Source: the human T2T-CHM13v2.0 reference genome, Homo sapiens. Taken from it: a stretch of DNA of 64,000 bases. The stretch's first letter is position 1, and each line of letters begins with the position of its first letter. Position numbers and translations under genes: made by a program. The notes beneath the pieces are model-generated. The model worked only from the letters and a program-made list of their open reading frames with translations, did not search any database and had not been told where the DNA came from. The stretch lies in the NCBI RefSeq assembly GCF_009914755.1, contig NC_060929.1; one strand, given 5' to 3'. Shown here in pieces: positions 63,853-64,000 of the stretch.

Positions 63853-64000
63853 AGCCGTGGTGGAAAGGATCATCCACGGTGACTTGCAGCTGTGAGTCCA
63901 TGAGTCTAGTACACTCTCTCAGGCCTTGAGCGGGGAAGGAATCAGGGCTTACTGAGCCACCCCCATCTTCCAGGCACTGTGCTAAGTCCTTTCCATACCT

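Overview
Human genomic DNA; the species call rests on an AluYb-lineage element with the 7-nt duplication, a lineage that expanded almost exclusively in humans. The window is repeat-rich and intergenic or intronic, with no intact protein-coding gene that I can support. It holds about 45 Alu elements or fragments (roughly a fifth of the sequence), old L1M/L1P fragments with decayed ORF2 pieces, L2 and MIR relics, MaLR/ERVL/ERV1 solo LTRs, hAT DNA transposons (MER58, MER119, MER63, MER20, MER81, MER3, MER102-like) and several microsatellites, including a ~715-bp pyrimidine (TTCC)n tract. The one clear gene-derived feature is a full-length processed SUMO2 pseudogene (14634-15612) with a TSD and two CGA>TGA stops. 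Nearly all ORFs in the supplied track are repeat-derived or spurious. I do not see support for a novel multi-gene system. The best leads are candidate cis-regulatory modules in unique sequence (a perfect DR3/VDRE enhancer at ~25.7 kb, a triple TCF/LEF cluster at ~62.2 kb, homeodomain-rich blocks at ~17.2, 30.5 and 44.7 kb), candidate lncRNA exons at 3.7-4.7 kb, a nested palindromic mosaic at 32.8-32.9 kb and several atypical retrotransposon insertion structures. Repeat subfamily names come from recalled consensus sequences, and the boundaries of old repeats are approximate.
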